A stretch of DNA of 64,000 bases from an uncultured Pelagibacteraceae bacterium (GCA_902521655.1 CABYSM010000001.1:30478-94477), one strand, 5' to 3'. Counted from the stretch's first letter, positions 40,331-51,966 are shown. The notes: generated from the sequence alone by a model not told the origin. Numbers and translations: made by a program.

Positions 40331-40984
40331 ATGAATGAAGGTCAGTTAGTTTTTGATTTAGGCAAAGTCGAAAATTTCGATTCTAATGATTTTTTTATTA
40401 GTAAAAGTAACCAGCAAGTTTCATCTTTACTTAACGAAACAAATAATTGGTTCAATGGTTCAGCGGTTGTCTATGGTAAGTCAAAATCTGGGAAGACGCA
40501 CTTATTAAAAATATGGACAGCTAACAACAACGCTACTTTTCTTAATTGCAATGAGGTAATTAATTGGAAAAATTTGTCATCTAGTTGTAGTTATGCAATT
40601 GATGATTTGCATCATCTCAAAGTGGAGAGAGAAAATGATTTTTTTCATTTTTATAATAATTTAGTGCTAAAGAAATTTAAAATACTTTGTTCAGTTGACA
40701 CGGAGGCTAACTTTAAAGTCTCACTAAATGATTTAAGGTCAAGATTTAATTCATTTACTTCTTCTTTTATCGATGATCCAGATGATAAGTTGGTAAAAGT
40801 CTTAATAGTTAAGTTCTTTAGCGATCTTCAATTAAAAGTAGAAACTAATGTTATTGAATATCTCACTAAACGAGTCGAAAGAGATTATTCTAAGCTATAT
40901 CAATTTATGGAAAAAATTAATTTTTCTTCCATGCAAACTAAAAGCAAGATTACTATCCCTTTTTTGAGAGATTTTTTGAATTAA
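40331..40984 (+). CDS. hdaA: DnaA-related regulatory inactivator HdaA
   Basis: QLVFDL start, degenerate Walker A GKSKSGKTHLLKIW, DLRSRF box, and alphaproteobacterial synteny. Confidence 0.7.
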   Translation: MNEGQLVFDLGKVENFDSNDFFISKSNQQVSSLLNETNNWFNGSAVVYGKSKSGKTHLLKIWTANNNATFLNCNEVINWKNLSSSCSYAIDDLHHLKVERENDFFHFYNNLVLKKFKILCSVDTEANFKVSLNDLRSRFNSFTSSFIDDPDDKLVKVLIVKFFSDLQLKVETNVIEYLTKRVERDYSKLYQFMEKINFSSMQTKSKITIPFLRDFLN

Positions 40985-41795
40985 TATAATCACTAAATTT
41001 ACGTAGTTGCTGGTTGTACATTTTTTTATTTTTCTCTAAACCAACCTCTTTACCTCTAGATGCTTTGATTAGATTTTTATCTGAAATAACCCAGTTCCTT
41101 GGTATATTTAGGTTTTGTGCACATACCTCTCTCCATTTAGAATATCTTTTTAGTAGAGTTTTTTCTTTTTGATTAAAATTTTTGGTTTTAATTTTTTTAT
41201 ATGCAAGCTTTGGATTATAAATATCATTATTCTCAGTTAGTTCGTGGTTTTTATTATTAATTTTATTAATTAAATTTCTTTTTTTTATAAAATTAATTAG
41301 ATAAGTATAAATTCTTGGTAAATATAAAACATCATTTTCTGCATATGCTAGCTGATTTTTACTAAGTGGCCTTGATTCCCAATCTGAAACTTGATATTTT
41401 TTAGACAATTTTATTTTAAAAAGTTTTTCTACTAAATTTGTATAGCCAATTTCATCCCCTCCATGAAGTGCATTATAGGCCATTTGAGTGTCAAAAATGT
41501 TTTCGATTTTAATATCTAAAGCGTAATTAATTACCTCAATATCTTGCTTGGCTGAATGAATTACTTTTCTTAACTTTTTGTCTATTAATATTTCTTTTAG
41601 TTCATTCATATTTATTTGCTCAATCAGAAGCATGTCCACTAAATACACGTTTCGCTGTGTTTTAAATTGAATAGTACATAGTTTCGGCCAGTATGTTCTG
41701 TCTCTTTTAAACTCAGTATCTAGATAGATAACTTTCTGTGTTTTAAGTAATTTGCATAGATTTTTGAGAGATTTATTGTCTTGGACTATTTTCAT
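40953..41795 (-). CDS. rnd: Ribonuclease D (short form: DEDDy exonuclease plus one HRDC-like region)
   Basis: Exo motifs LDTEF, HSAKQDIEV and YAENDVLYL. At 280 aa it is shorter than the roughly 375-aa E. coli RNase D. Confidence 0.75.
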   Translation of the reverse strand: MKIVQDNKSLKNLCKLLKTQKVIYLDTEFKRDRTYWPKLCTIQFKTQRNVYLVDMLLIEQINMNELKEILIDKKLRKVIHSAKQDIEVINYALDIKIENIFDTQMAYNALHGGDEIGYTNLVEKLFKIKLSKKYQVSDWESRPLSKNQLAYAENDVLYLPRIYTYLINFIKKRNLINKINNKNHELTENNDIYNPKLAYKKIKTKNFNQKEKTLLKRYSKWREVCAQNLNIPRNWVISDKNLIKASRGKEVGLEKNKKMYNQQLRKFSDYINSKNLSKKG

Positions 41796-41828
41796 AAATC
41801 AAACTATATATGAACTTGAATTTAAAGC

Positions 41829-43628
41829 ATGGCAAAATATAGAACACATAATTGTAACGAGTTAAAGGAAAGCGATGAAAATAAAGACGTCATACTCGCT
41901 GGATGGATTAATCGTAAGCGAGACCATGGTAATGTCTTATTTATTGATTTGCGAGACCATTATGGCGTAACTCAGTGTGTCATTGAAAAAACAAATACAA
42001 AGTTATTAAAAGAATTTGAAAGTCTAAGGGCAGAATCCGTTATTAAAATAGATGGTAAAGTTATTAAGCGTGATAAAGAAACCATTAATGAGTCCCTAGC
42101 AACTGGTAAAATCGAGATTTCTGTTGATGCGTTAGAAGTTCTTTCTGCTGCAAATGAATTACCAATGCCTGTATTCGGCGAAAATGATTATCCTGAAGAA
42201 ATAAGATTAAAGTATAGATTTTTAGATATTAGAAGAGAAGAATTGCATAACAACATTGTATTAAGATCATCCATTATTTCCTATATAAGAGAGTTAATGT
42301 CCGAGGCTGGTTTTCTTGAAATGCAGACTCCCATTTTAACCGCATCAAGTCCCGAAGGGGCTAGAGATTATCTTGTTCCAAGCAGAATTCATCCTGGAAA
42401 ATTTTACGCCTTACCTCAAGCGCCTCAACAATTTAAACAATTAATAATGGCAGGGGGGTTTGATAAATATTTTCAAATTGCTCCTTGCTTTAGAGATGAA
42501 GATGCCAGAGCTGATAGGAGTCCTGGTGAATTTTATCAATTAGACATGGAAATGGCGTTTGTTGAGCAGGATGATGTATTTGATGCTATTGAACCAGTTT
42601 TATCTTCAGTATTTAAAAAGTTTTCAAATTTTAAAGTGACTGATTTGCCTTTTCCACGAATTACCTACAAAGAAGCAATGAAAAAGTATGCAACAGACAA
42701 ACCAGATTTAAGAAATCCAATTGAGGTATGTGATATTACTCAAGAATTTTCTGATGACAATGTTGAATTCAAAGCCTTCAAAAAAGTTATAGATGCTGGT
42801 GGGCGAGTACTAGGGATACCTGCACCAAAATCTTCAATGCAACCAAGAAGTTTTTTTGATAATTTAAACAATTGGGCAAAAAAAGAAATGAATGCCCCCG
42901 GTCTTGGCTATATTATTTTTGAAGAAATAGATGGCATACTTACTGGAAAAGGCCCAATTGCAAAGTTTATACCAAGCAATATTCAATCAGAAATTGCTAA
43001 AAAAGCAAATTTAAACTCAGGAGACTCTATATTCTTTGCATGCGATAAAGGTAAGTTGGTATACGATATTGCTGCAGCAGCAAGAAATAAAATCGGAGAA
43101 ATTCTTGATCTTATCGAAAAAGATGTATTTAGATTTTGTTGGATTATAGATTTTCCAATGTACGAGCAGGATAGGGACACAGGTAAAATTGATTTTAGTC
43201 ATAACCCATTTTCTATGCCACAAGGTGGATTAGAAGCATTAGAAAATAGTGACCCTCTAGATGTTCTGGGATATCAATATGATATTGTTTGCAATGGCAC
43301 TGAGCTATCATCTGGAGCCATTAGAAATCACATACCAGAAATTATGTATAAAGCTTTCGAAATAAGTGGTTATACTAAAAAACAAGTACAAGATAAATTT
43401 GGGGGAATGATTAACGCATTTTCTTATGGTGTGCCGCCTCATGGCGGTATAGCTCCTGGGATTGACAGGATCGTAATGCTACTTGCTCAAGAAAAAAATA
43501 TTAGGGAGGTAATTTTATTCCCTATGAATCAACAGGCACAAGACCTCATGATGCTTGCGCCAGCAGAAGTTGATGACAAGACTTTGGATGAGTTGAACCT
43601 AAAAGTAATACCTGCTGAAAAAGATTAA
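41829..43628 (+). CDS. aspS: Aspartyl-tRNA synthetase
   Basis: Class II motifs [18 protein letters not shown]-type (here [21 protein letters not shown]) and [13 protein letters not shown]. Confidence 0.97.
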   Translation: MAKYRTHNCNELKESDENKDVILAGWINRKRDHGNVLFIDLRDHYGVTQCVIEKTNTKLLKEFESLRAESVIKIDGKVIKRDKETINESLATGKIEISVDALEVLSAANELPMPVFGENDYPEEIRLKYRFLDIRREELHNNIVLRSSIISYIRELMSEAGFLEMQTPILTASSPEGARDYLVPSRIHPGKFYALPQAPQQFKQLIMAGGFDKYFQIAPCFRDEDARADRSPGEFYQLDMEMAFVEQDDVFDAIEPVLSSVFKKFSNFKVTDLPFPRITYKEAMKKYATDKPDLRNPIEVCDITQEFSDDNVEFKAFKKVIDAGGRVLGIPAPKSSMQPRSFFDNLNNWAKKEMNAPGLGYIIFEEIDGILTGKGPIAKFIPSNIQSEIAKKANLNSGDSIFFACDKGKLVYDIAAAARNKIGEILDLIEKDVFRFCWIIDFPMYEQDRDTGKIDFSHNPFSMPQGGLEALENSDPLDVLGYQYDIVCNGTELSSGAIRNHIPEIMYKAFEISGYTKKQVQDKFGGMINAFSYGVPPHGGIAPGIDRIVMLLAQEKNIREVILFPMNQQAQDLMMLAPAEVDDKTLDELNLKVIPAEKD

Positions 43629-46600
43629 GAACAGCCTGTGGTAGCTCCACACGTATCGCATTTAAGACAAGTTCCATTTCTCACCAAAGTAAATGAACCA
43701 CACTCAGGACAAGCGTCACCTTCGTAGCCCATCATCCTTGCCGCTTGAACTCTACTCATTGATGCATCTGATGTACCTGTAGATGAAGAGCTACTACTTG
43801 ATACTGCTTGCTCCGCAGTTATAGCGCCCATATCTCCAGAGGAACTTACTACTGAAAGACCATCTTGACTCCTTAAGTAACCTTGGCTTGATACTTTTTT
43901 AACTAGTTTCCATGGTATCTCATTATTTTTAAGCGTCCCTTCCTCGGCACCTGTGCCAAGCGAAAAGTCAACATCAGTATTATCTGCATGAGCTAGGTCA
44001 TTTCTGCCTAAGTAAGAAACAGCTAATTCCCTAAATACATAATCTAGGATTGATGTGGCATTTTTGATTCTATTATTTCCCTGAACAACTCCTGCAGGAT
44101 CAAATCTCGTAAATGTATATGCCTCTACGTATTCCTCAAGCGGTACTCCATATTGAAGTCCAATGGAAATAGCTATAGCAAAATTATTCATTAAACTTCT
44201 CAAAAACGCACCTTCTTTATGCATATCGATAAATATTTCACCTAAACTGCCATCTTCATATTCTCCTGTATGAAGATAAACTTTGTGACCGCCAACAATT
44301 GCTTTTTGTATGTAGCCTTTTCGTCTATCAGGGACCTTATTTCTTGATCCATAAACAATTGAATTTACTGCTTCCTGAGCAACAGTAATTGTTTTTTCAA
44401 CTTGAGTTTGTTCAGCAGCAATTTGGTCAGATTCTGTAACATCTTCATCTTCAACTAATTTTGATGCAAGCGGTTGACTTAGTTTTGATCCATCTCGGTA
44501 TAATGCATTGGCTTTTGTTCCCAGCTTCCAAGAAAGGAGGTAAGCTTCGTTACAATCTTCTACATTTGAGTCAGAAGGCATGTTTATTGTTTTAGAGATT
44601 GCCCCTGAAATAAACGGTTGAGCGGCTGCCATCATTCTTATGTGACTTTCAACTGACAAAAATCTTTTACCTATTCTTCCACATGGATTAGCGCAGTCAA
44701 AAACAGATAAATGCTCCTCTTTAATATAAGGAGAGCCTTCTAATGTCATTGTTCCACAACAATATGTATTCGCCTCATCTATTTCTTCATTAGAGAAACC
44801 TAAGAAAGCCAGCATATTAAAATTCATATCAGCTAATTGTTCATCTGAGATATTTAATTTTTCAGAGCAAAATTCTTTTCCTAAAGTGAATGAATTAAAT
44901 GAAAATCTTATATCAAAAACATTCTTTAAGTTTTGTTCTAGTAATTCTATCTGTTCATCTTCAAAGCCTTTTTCTTTAAGTGACTCGTGATTAATGAAAG
45001 GAGCTTCTTTTAAGGTCCCATATCCAACAGCATAATTTATTGTTTCTTCAACTTCTTCATCAGTATATTGCAGTTGTTTTAATGCTTCAGGAACAGTTCT
45101 GTTTATAATCTTAAAGTACCCTCCACCCGCAAGTTTCTTAAATTTAACCATTGCAAAATCAGGCTCAATACCAGTCGTATCACAGTCCATGACTAGTCCA
45201 ATGGTACCAGTAGGGGCTATAACCGTTGTCTGAGCATTTCTATAACCATATTTTTGACCTCCTTCATAAGCTTCATCCCAAGCTTTTTGAGCTTCTATAC
45301 CAAGATTAGTATCTCTTAAATTTTCAACAATAAATGGTACTGGATTTATATTTAGGTCTTCATATCCTTCTGTGCTGCCATAAGCTGCTCTTTTATGATT
45401 TCTTATTACGCGGAGCATATTTTTAGCATTCTGCTGATAACCAGGAAATGGGCCTTGTTCAGAAGCAATTTCAGCTGAAGTTGCATAGGATATGCCTGTC
45501 ATCAATGAAGTTATTGCTGCACAATTAGATCTACCTTCTTCACTATCGTATGCAACACCTTTTGACATTAGGTATCCACCTAGATTTGCGTATCCCAATC
45601 CAAGAGTTCTGTATTCATAAGAAAGCTTAGCAATTTCTTTTGATGGAAATTGGGCCATCATCACTGATATCTCGAGTATTAGAGTCCAGACCCTGACTGC
45701 ATGTTTGAATAAAGTTGTATCGAGACACTTATTTTCATTCATAAAAGTCATTAAATTGAGCGAAGCTAAATTACAGGCAGTATTATCTAAAAACATGTAC
45801 TCAGAGCATGGATTTGATGCACGGATTTCTCCACTTTCTGGGCAGGTATGCCAATCATTAATTGTTGTATGAAACTGTATTCCAGGATCTGCACATGCCC
45901 ATGCAGAATATCCAACCTGATCCCATAGTTCTCTTGCATTTATGGTTTTATTAATTGAGCCGTCGGTTCTATTAACTAAATTCCATTCTTCATCATTCAT
46001 AACCGCATCAAGGAATTCATCCGTTACACGCACAGAGTTGTTAGAGTTTTGACCTGACACTGTTACGTAGGCTTCTGAATCCCAATCAGTATTATAAGTT
46101 TCAAATTCAATTGACTTATATCCTTGTTTGGCAAAATGAATTATTCGTTGAATATAATTTTCAGGTACTTCGTTTCGCCTTGCAGCTATAATTTCTCTTT
46201 TAAGAGCAGGGTTTTTCGAAGGCTCAAAGCAGCTTTCTCCATCTGCTTCACAGTTGTGACAAGCACTCATAATGCTTTTAAGGTGTTTTGAGCATATTTT
46301 TGAACCAGTTACGATGGATGCAACTTTTTGCTCCTCTGTAACTTTCCACTTTATAAACTCCTCTATATCTGGATGGTCAATGTCTACAACAACCATTTTA
46401 GCTGCTCTTCTTGTGGTACCACCAGATTTAATAGCTCCAGCTGCTCTATCTCCAATTTTCAGAAAGCTCATCAAGCCAGATGATTTTCCACCACCCGAAA
46501 GCCCTTCTGTGGAACCTCTTAAACTAGAAAAATTTGTTCCTGTTCCTGAGCCATATTTAAATAATCGAGCTTCTCTAACCCAAAGGTCCATAATACCGCC

Positions 46601-47218
46601 ATCATTGACAAGATCATCATTAATGCTTTGTATAAAACAAGCATGGGGTTGGGGCCTTTCATAGGAGCTAGATGATTTAGTAAGTTTGCCGTTTTCATGG
46701 TCAACGTAAAAGTGACCTTGAGATGGTCCATCTATACCATATGCCCAGTTCAGCCCTGTATTGAACCATTGAGGACTGTTAGGAGCAATCATTTGATTGG
46801 CCAACATATATCTTACTTCATCAAAAAAAGCTTTTGCATCTTCTTCTGAGGAGAAATACCCACCTTTCCATCCCCAATATGTCCAAGCTCCAGCTAGTCT
46901 ATCGAAAACTTGCTGAGAGTTTTTCTCTGATGAATAATTGAGATCACTTGATTCTTCGTCTGCTATTCTTGGTGATAGCCAAGAGGGTATATTTCTTTCT
47001 TCTGTTCTCTTGAGTTTATTTGGAACGCCAGCTTTTCTAAAATATTTTTGTGAAAGTATATCGCTTGCAACTTGACTCCACTGCTCAGGAACTTCGAAAT
47101 CCTTTAATTCAAACACGATAGATCCATCAGGATTTCTTATTTCTGTAGAAACTTTTTTAAATTTAATATTTTGATATGGAGATTGATTATCACTTGTAAA
47201 TTCTCTATTTATTTTCAT
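43625..47218 (-). CDS. nrdJ: Ribonucleotide reductase, class II (adenosylcobalamin-dependent), long alphaproteobacterial type
   Basis: 1197 aa. Blocks include [22 protein letters not shown], the catalytic region NPCSEY, and [11 protein letters not shown]. The C-terminal Ser-rich linker is followed by the Cys cluster [22 protein letters not shown]. Confidence 0.9.
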   Translation of the reverse strand: MKINREFTSDNQSPYQNIKFKKVSTEIRNPDGSIVFELKDFEVPEQWSQVASDILSQKYFRKAGVPNKLKRTEERNIPSWLSPRIADEESSDLNYSSEKNSQQVFDRLAGAWTYWGWKGGYFSSEEDAKAFFDEVRYMLANQMIAPNSPQWFNTGLNWAYGIDGPSQGHFYVDHENGKLTKSSSSYERPQPHACFIQSINDDLVNDGGIMDLWVREARLFKYGSGTGTNFSSLRGSTEGLSGGGKSSGLMSFLKIGDRAAGAIKSGGTTRRAAKMVVVDIDHPDIEEFIKWKVTEEQKVASIVTGSKICSKHLKSIMSACHNCEADGESCFEPSKNPALKREIIAARRNEVPENYIQRIIHFAKQGYKSIEFETYNTDWDSEAYVTVSGQNSNNSVRVTDEFLDAVMNDEEWNLVNRTDGSINKTINARELWDQVGYSAWACADPGIQFHTTINDWHTCPESGEIRASNPCSEYMFLDNTACNLASLNLMTFMNENKCLDTTLFKHAVRVWTLILEISVMMAQFPSKEIAKLSYEYRTLGLGYANLGGYLMSKGVAYDSEEGRSNCAAITSLMTGISYATSAEIASEQGPFPGYQQNAKNMLRVIRNHKRAAYGSTEGYEDLNINPVPFIVENLRDTNLGIEAQKAWDEAYEGGQKYGYRNAQTTVIAPTGTIGLVMDCDTTGIEPDFAMVKFKKLAGGGYFKIINRTVPEALKQLQYTDEEVEETINYAVGYGTLKEAPFINHESLKEKGFEDEQIELLEQNLKNVFDIRFSFNSFTLGKEFCSEKLNISDEQLADMNFNMLAFLGFSNEEIDEANTYCCGTMTLEGSPYIKEEHLSVFDCANPCGRIGKRFLSVESHIRMMAAAQPFISGAISKTINMPSDSNVEDCNEAYLLSWKLGTKANALYRDGSKLSQPLASKLVEDEDVTESDQIAAEQTQVEKTITVAQEAVNSIVYGSRNKVPDRRKGYIQKAIVGGHKVYLHTGEYEDGSLGEIFIDMHKEGAFLRSLMNNFAIAISIGLQYGVPLEEYVEAYTFTRFDPAGVVQGNNRIKNATSILDYVFRELAVSYLGRNDLAHADNTDVDFSLGTGAEEGTLKNNEIPWKLVKKVSSQGYLRSQDGLSVVSSSGDMGAITAEQAVSSSSSSSTGTSDASMSRVQAARMMGYEGDACPECGSFTLVRNGTCLKCDTCGATTGCS

Positions 47219-47355
47219 TTTTTTTCCTTATTAACAATAACGCTTCAATAGCAGTTTAAATCAAGAACAAGTTAAGAGTGGTTCCGACCGATTTATTACC
47301 AGAATGTTAGTTGAGTAACTTTCTAGAGATCCAATATTTATTATTTGAAAAATGA

Positions 47356-47402
47356 AGTCAATATGTTGTATGAAAAAAAAATATAACCACTATATAAGGT
47401 GC
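47356..47402. promoter_or_regulatory. Candidate tandem NrdR boxes upstream of nrdJ
   Basis: AGTCAATATGTTGTAT (47356-47371) matches 11/16 and CCACTATATAAGGTGC (47387-47402) matches 12/16 of the NrdR-box consensus as I recall it (acaCwAtATaTwGtgt). Centres are 31 bp apart, 140-185 nt upstream of the nrdJ ATG. Confidence 0.3.
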
Positions 47403-47513
47403 CGAAATTGTGGTTAATATTAAAATATGTATTTATTTCAATGATTTATACAGTCACTATAATTTAAATTTTGTTGAAAAAACTGTTAATTTAAATAAAT
47501 ATAGACTGATTTT

Positions 47514-47876
47514 ATGCTGAGAGAAATATTTACATGGTGGAACGGGCAAACAATTGGAACCCGATTATGGACCTATTTTAGTGGTATTCCTGCCGGAGTT
47601 GATAGCCAAGGCAATAAATATTTTCATAACAAAAAAGATACTAAAAGGTGGGTTATATATGCAGATGAGGTCGAATCTACCTACGTTAATCCAGAGTGGA
47701 ATAATTGGCTAAGGTTCACGTCTAGGGAAAAGGCCTCAGAAGACAAAAAATATAAATGGCAAAAAAATCATCTTTCAAATCAAACCGGGACAGCAAATGC
47801 CTACGATCCTGAAAAGAATAATACAAATGATAGCTCAAAGAAAAGAAACGATGATTATATTAAATGGTCACCATAA
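47514..47876 (+). CDS. NDUFA12-family protein (NADH:ubiquinone oxidoreductase B17.2-like)
   Basis: FTWWNGQTIGTRLWTYFSG...GNKYFH...RWVIY...PEWNNWL matches the bacterial NDUFA12-like family. Confidence 0.75.
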   Translation: MLREIFTWWNGQTIGTRLWTYFSGIPAGVDSQGNKYFHNKKDTKRWVIYADEVESTYVNPEWNNWLRFTSREKASEDKKYKWQKNHLSNQTGTANAYDPEKNNTNDSSKKRNDDYIKWSP

Positions 47877-48351
47877 GAATTTAAACAAGTTAGTATTTAT
47901 TTTTATTTTTATACTTATATTTTCCTCAAATGCAGAGGTAGTTAAGATTGCTCCGCTGATCAATCTTGATGAAATTGAGCCATCTTATGATGAGGAGATT
48001 ATTTTAAATGACGACGAGAACGAATTTACTGAAATTAAGGAAAAAGATAGTGATAGCAATGATGGCAATGCTAACATGGCTAAAATTAGTATATTAAATA
48101 AAATCACTACTAATGTGGATACGCTTAAGCTGCCTCTGAAAGAAAATTTTATTTACCAAGAATTAAAAATATATCCAATTGATTGCCATTTAAGTGGACC
48201 TTATGAAAAAACTGAAGTTGGAATATACCTAAATATTCACCATAAAGATTCTAAAGAGAAAATATTTAATGGATGGATGCTAAAATCATTGCCATCAATT
48301 TCATCAATGGAACATCCAATTTATGATATATGGGTTGAAGATTGTTTCTAA
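47851..48351 (+). CDS. DUF2155-like secreted protein
   Basis: Signal peptide, then KISILNKITTNVDTLKLP...CHLSGPYEKTE...GWMLKSLPSISSMEHPIYDIWVEDC. This is the usual neighbour of NDUFA12-like genes in alphaproteobacteria. Start is uncertain (47797, 47827 or 47851). Confidence 0.6.
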   Translation: MIILNGHHKNLNKLVFIFIFILIFSSNAEVVKIAPLINLDEIEPSYDEEIILNDDENEFTEIKEKDSDSNDGNANMAKISILNKITTNVDTLKLPLKENFIYQELKIYPIDCHLSGPYEKTEVGIYLNIHHKDSKEKIFNGWMLKSLPSISSMEHPIYDIWVEDCF

Positions 48352-48352
48352 T

Positions 48353-49693
48353 TTAGAGTTTATTCATATTTTTTTCTAGCCAATTAATCGGTACAGCTCC
48401 ATTTTTAAAATCATTTGAAGAAAGTATTTTTTTATGGAGATCAATGTTCGTTTCTATTCCATCGATTACAATTTCATTTAGCGATCTAAGCGCTCTTTTG
48501 ATGGCGTGGTTTCTGGTTCTACCTGTTACAATAAGCTTTGCTAATAGGTTGTCATAGTAATGAGGCACTTTATAGCCAGAATATATGAATGTATCTAATC
48601 TAATGCCATTGCCTGCTGGCGGATGATACATTTTAATTGTTCCTGCTGATGGCTTAAAATCAGATGAATTTTCAGCGTTTATTCTACATTCTATTGAGTG
48701 ACCTAAAGGTTTTATGTTTTCCTGAGATGTAAATATTTTATCACCTGCAGCCACACAAATTTGTTCTCTTACCAGATCAATCCTTGTTAACATCTCAGTT
48801 ATAGGATGCTCAACCTGAAGTCTAGTATTCATTTCCATAAAATAGAATTCATTATCAGCGAATAAGAACTCAAGAGTGCCCAAACCTAAATAGCCCATCT
48901 TTGCCATAGCATCTATACATATTTTGAAAAGTTTTTCTTTTTTGGCTTGATCTATTTCAGGCGCTAACGCTTCTTCAATTACTTTTTGGTTTCTTCTTTG
49001 AATTGAACAGTCTCTTTCATGTAAGTGAAGAAAATTATCATGACTGTCACAAATTACTTGAATTTCAATATGTCTTGGTGAGTCAATAAATTTTTCTATG
49101 TAAATTGAATCATTTCCAAAAAATGATAACGCTTCTTGTTTTATTATAGGTAGAGCACTGGTCAATTCTTTTTCATCATTCACAACTTGCATTCCTCTGC
49201 CTCCACCACCCGCACTTGCCTTTAGAAGAACTGGAAAACCAATATTTTTTGATGTCTTTAATGCATCCTCAAGATCAGCTACTGCTCCTTTTGAGCCAGG
49301 CACTGTAGGGACCCCGTATTCTTGCATTATTTTTTTTGCTTCTATCTTATCTCCCATCATACTGATGTGCTTATGCTTTGGCCCAATGAATGTTAATTTG
49401 TGATCATCAAGCATCTTAGCAAACGATGCATTTTCAGATAAGAACCCGTAGCCAGGATGAACTGCTTGTGCACCAGTAATTTCACAAGCTGAGATAATTG
49501 CATGTGCATTTAAATAGCTTTTATTTACTGGGTTTGGTCCTATACAAACACTTTCATCAGCTATTCTTACGTGCATTGAGTCTGCATCAGCTTCACTATG
49601 AATAGCTACAGTAGATATTCCAAGTTCTTGACATGCTCGGTTAATTCTGACCGCAATTTCTCCTCGGTTAGCAATCAGTACCTTATCAAACAT
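48353..49693 (-). CDS. accC: Acetyl-CoA carboxylase biotin carboxylase subunit
   Basis: MFDKVLIANRGEIAVRI start, ATP-grasp GGGGRGMQVV, and EMNTRLQVEHPITE. Confidence 0.97.
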   Translation of the reverse strand: MFDKVLIANRGEIAVRINRACQELGISTVAIHSEADADSMHVRIADESVCIGPNPVNKSYLNAHAIISACEITGAQAVHPGYGFLSENASFAKMLDDHKLTFIGPKHKHISMMGDKIEAKKIMQEYGVPTVPGSKGAVADLEDALKTSKNIGFPVLLKASAGGGGRGMQVVNDEKELTSALPIIKQEALSFFGNDSIYIEKFIDSPRHIEIQVICDSHDNFLHLHERDCSIQRRNQKVIEEALAPEIDQAKKEKLFKICIDAMAKMGYLGLGTLEFLFADNEFYFMEMNTRLQVEHPITEMLTRIDLVREQICVAAGDKIFTSQENIKPLGHSIECRINAENSSDFKPSAGTIKMYHPPAGNGIRLDTFIYSGYKVPHYYDNLLAKLIVTGRTRNHAIKRALRSLNEIVIDGIETNIDLHKKILSSNDFKNGAVPINWLEKNMNKL

Positions 49694-50140
49694 TTAACCT
49701 ATTAGCATTAACGGCTGGCCAAACTCAACAGCCTGCTCATTCTCAACAAGTATTTTCAAAACCTTTCCTTGCAGAGAGGACTCGATTGGATTCATGGTTT
49801 TCATTGCTTCAATAATAAGTAGGGTTTGGCCAGATTTAATCTGGTTACCAACATCAACAAATTTATTTGCACCTGGCTCAGGCTGAAGATACACGGTTCC
49901 TACCATTGGAGATTTTATAGCTCTAGGATCATTTTTATAATCATTTTCTATATTTTCATCTTGTTCATTTTTATATTGAGTTGGTGTTGGCGACATTGTT
50001 TGAGCTGCCATAGCTTTAGAAACTGATACAGAAAAATCACCATCTGCATATGAAATTTCGGTAAGATTTAAATCATCTAATATTTTTGCCAAATCTTCTA
50101 TTGGTTTAACGTCAATTTTCTTTTTTGTTTTATCGGACAT
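49694..50140 (-). CDS. accB: Biotin carboxyl carrier protein
   Basis: Biotinyl-Lys motif IIEAMKTMN, adjacent to accC. Confidence 0.93.
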   Translation of the reverse strand: MSDKTKKKIDVKPIEDLAKILDDLNLTEISYADGDFSVSVSKAMAAQTMSPTPTQYKNEQDENIENDYKNDPRAIKSPMVGTVYLQPEPGANKFVDVGNQIKSGQTLLIIEAMKTMNPIESSLQGKVLKILVENEQAVEFGQPLMLIG

Positions 50141-50156
50141 AATATTATTCTTATAT

Positions 50157-50594
50157 TTATATTAATTTATTAATACCATCAACAGCAAGTAGGTAACTAT
50201 TTGATCCAAATCCACATATAACTCCATTTACACCTCTGCTTATAAAAGAGTGATGTCTAAAGTCCTCACGTTTGAATAAATTTGTTAGGTGTATTTCAAT
50301 TTTTGGAATTTCAATTGCGAGTAAAGCATCTAATAAAGCAACTGAGGTATGAGAAAAGCCTGCAGCATTTATTATAAGTCCATCAGAGGTTTGATTTGAA
50401 TTTTGTACACAATCAACAATTTCTCCTTCTGAATTTGATTGAAAAAAAGATGTCTCAATATTATATTTTTTTTCTTTTATATGAGAATTAACTAATTTAT
50501 GGATATCATCTAGTGTTTCAGAGCCGTAGATTTCAGGTTCACGCTTTCCTAGTAGATTTAAATTTGGGCCATCTATAAATTTAATTTTCTTCAT
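50157..50594 (-). CDS. aroQ: 3-dehydroquinate dehydratase, type II
   Basis: GPNLNLLGKREPEIYG start, INAAGFSHTSVAL, and EIHLTN. Confidence 0.9.
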   Translation of the reverse strand: MKKIKFIDGPNLNLLGKREPEIYGSETLDDIHKLVNSHIKEKKYNIETSFFQSNSEGEIVDCVQNSNQTSDGLIINAAGFSHTSVALLDALLAIEIPKIEIHLTNLFKREDFRHHSFISRGVNGVICGFGSNSYLLAVDGINKLI

Positions 50595-50613
50595 TTTTAA
50601 TAATATATATTAT

Positions 50614-51966
50614 TTAATTAGTATTTGTAGAAACTTCTTTTTTTAATATTTCAATTAAATCATACGTACGGTACCATTCCGGGGTATTTTCTTTTACCCC
50701 TTTTATCGCCTTTAATGCAAATTCGAAAGAAAGACTTCTTTCACCAATTAAAAAATAACGTTCAGCTGTTGCATAATTAGCGAGTGAAATATTATCATTT
50801 AGTGCATAAGCTCTTGCCAGTAAGTACCATGAATATGCATTCATGCGATTTAATTGAATTGATTTTTTTAAGTAATAAATGCTATCATTGATTTTCTTTT
50901 TTTCGTTACTTGATAACAAATAGTTTCCAAGCATCATTGTATATAAATCGTTTTCAAAACCTAGATTATTAAGAGCATTTGTCTGAAAATAAATTGCCTC
51001 TCTATAGTTTTGCTTCATGAAATATATCTCTCCTATAATCTCTTTAAAGAATGGATTACTATTGTTGTTTCCTATCAATATCTCTAAATATTTAATTGCT
51101 TTGTCGTGTTCTCCATTTAAATAACTTGAAACGGCATTTGCATAAAGACCTTGATTATTATTTAATTTGTAAACAGCTTTAGTTTCATCGTATGAATGCG
51201 TAAAGCCAAAAAGTTTAGCTTTTATTAAATTAAATCTTTTTTCTAATTCTTTATCGTTTTCATAATTGCACTTTTCATTGTTGTCTAATGCTAGTTGTAT
51301 CCAACTAATTCTGTCCTGAGGAAGGGGATGGGTTGATCTGTAGTTTTCTGATTTCGATTGTGTATTTAAAACTATTGTCTCAAGGCTATTCAGGAAACTA
51401 GATAGATACGACGCATCAATCATGCTTTTGCAAAGTATAGAAACCGCTTTCTGATCAGCTGCAGCTTCTTGAGTTCTAGAATAGTAAGTGAATGTATCAG
51501 AAACCGCAGCTTGTCCCACCATTAAGCCCGCAAAGCCAGCCTCTGACGCTCCGGTAATCAGGCCTATGATTCCCAGCAAATATATTGGCATAGCCTTATT
51601 TGATATATTCGCCAGTTCTTCTGATGTTCTAAAAATATGTCCACTCAAAATATGTGCAAGTTCATGCGCAAGTACAGCGGCGTATTCTCGATAATCTTCT
51701 GCTGCAATTATTAACTCAGTGTTTATAAAAACATTTTTACCTCCAGTAACAAACGCATTCACTTGTTTGCTATTTATGAAATAAACATTTATGTTTTCGG
51801 CCTCGATATTAGTGTCAGCAAGTAATATTTCTAGAATATCATTTGTAAAATTCTCAATCTCAGTGTCTCTTATGACTTCAAATGCTTTTAATGAGTTCAC
51901 CAAAGTAAAAAATAATATAATATTTAAAATAAATAGAGTTTTTACTCTATTCACTTCTGCCACCAA
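50614..51966 (-). CDS. M48-family zinc metalloprotease with C-terminal TPR domain (BepA-like)
   Basis: Zinc motif HELAHILSGH, a signal peptide, and C-terminal TPR-like repeats. The start codon is uncertain (TTG at 51966 or a downstream GTG). Confidence 0.75.
   Translation of the reverse strand: MVAEVNRVKTLFILNIILFFTLVNSLKAFEVIRDTEIENFTNDILEILLADTNIEAENINVYFINSKQVNAFVTGGKNVFINTELIIAAEDYREYAAVLAHELAHILSGHIFRTSEELANISNKAMPIYLLGIIGLITGASEAGFAGLMVGQAAVSDTFTYYSRTQEAAADQKAVSILCKSMIDASYLSSFLNSLETIVLNTQSKSENYRSTHPLPQDRISWIQLALDNNEKCNYENDKELEKRFNLIKAKLFGFTHSYDETKAVYKLNNNQGLYANAVSSYLNGEHDKAIKYLEILIGNNNSNPFFKEIIGEIYFMKQNYREAIYFQTNALNNLGFENDLYTMMLGNYLLSSNEKKKINDSIYYLKKSIQLNRMNAYSWYLLARAYALNDNISLANYATAERYFLIGERSLSFEFALKAIKGVKENTPEWYRTYDLIEILKKEVSTNTN

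Noticed and set aside
43625-47218. An intein or other insertion as the explanation for the 1197-aa length of NrdJ.
   Set aside because: The length is normal for the long alphaproteobacterial NrdJ type as I recall it. I saw no intein splice-junction blocks or homing-endonuclease motifs. The extra length is N-terminal and C-terminal extension.
47352-47417. 21-codon Cys-rich small ORF (MKSICCMKKKYNHYIRCRNCG) in the nrdJ/NDUFA12 spacer.
   Set aside because: There is no SD-like sequence. The TGT/TGC codons coincide with the ACA/TGT-rich palindromic boxes, so they are explained by the candidate operator sequences. An ORF this short is expected by chance.
47219-47513. Cobalamin riboswitch in the long 5' region of the B12-dependent RNR gene.
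   Set aside because: Reading the minus-strand leader, I found no B12-box-like element or GC-rich multi-stem core. The region is almost pure AT apart from GGTCGGAACCACTC. Only a covariance-model scan could settle this.
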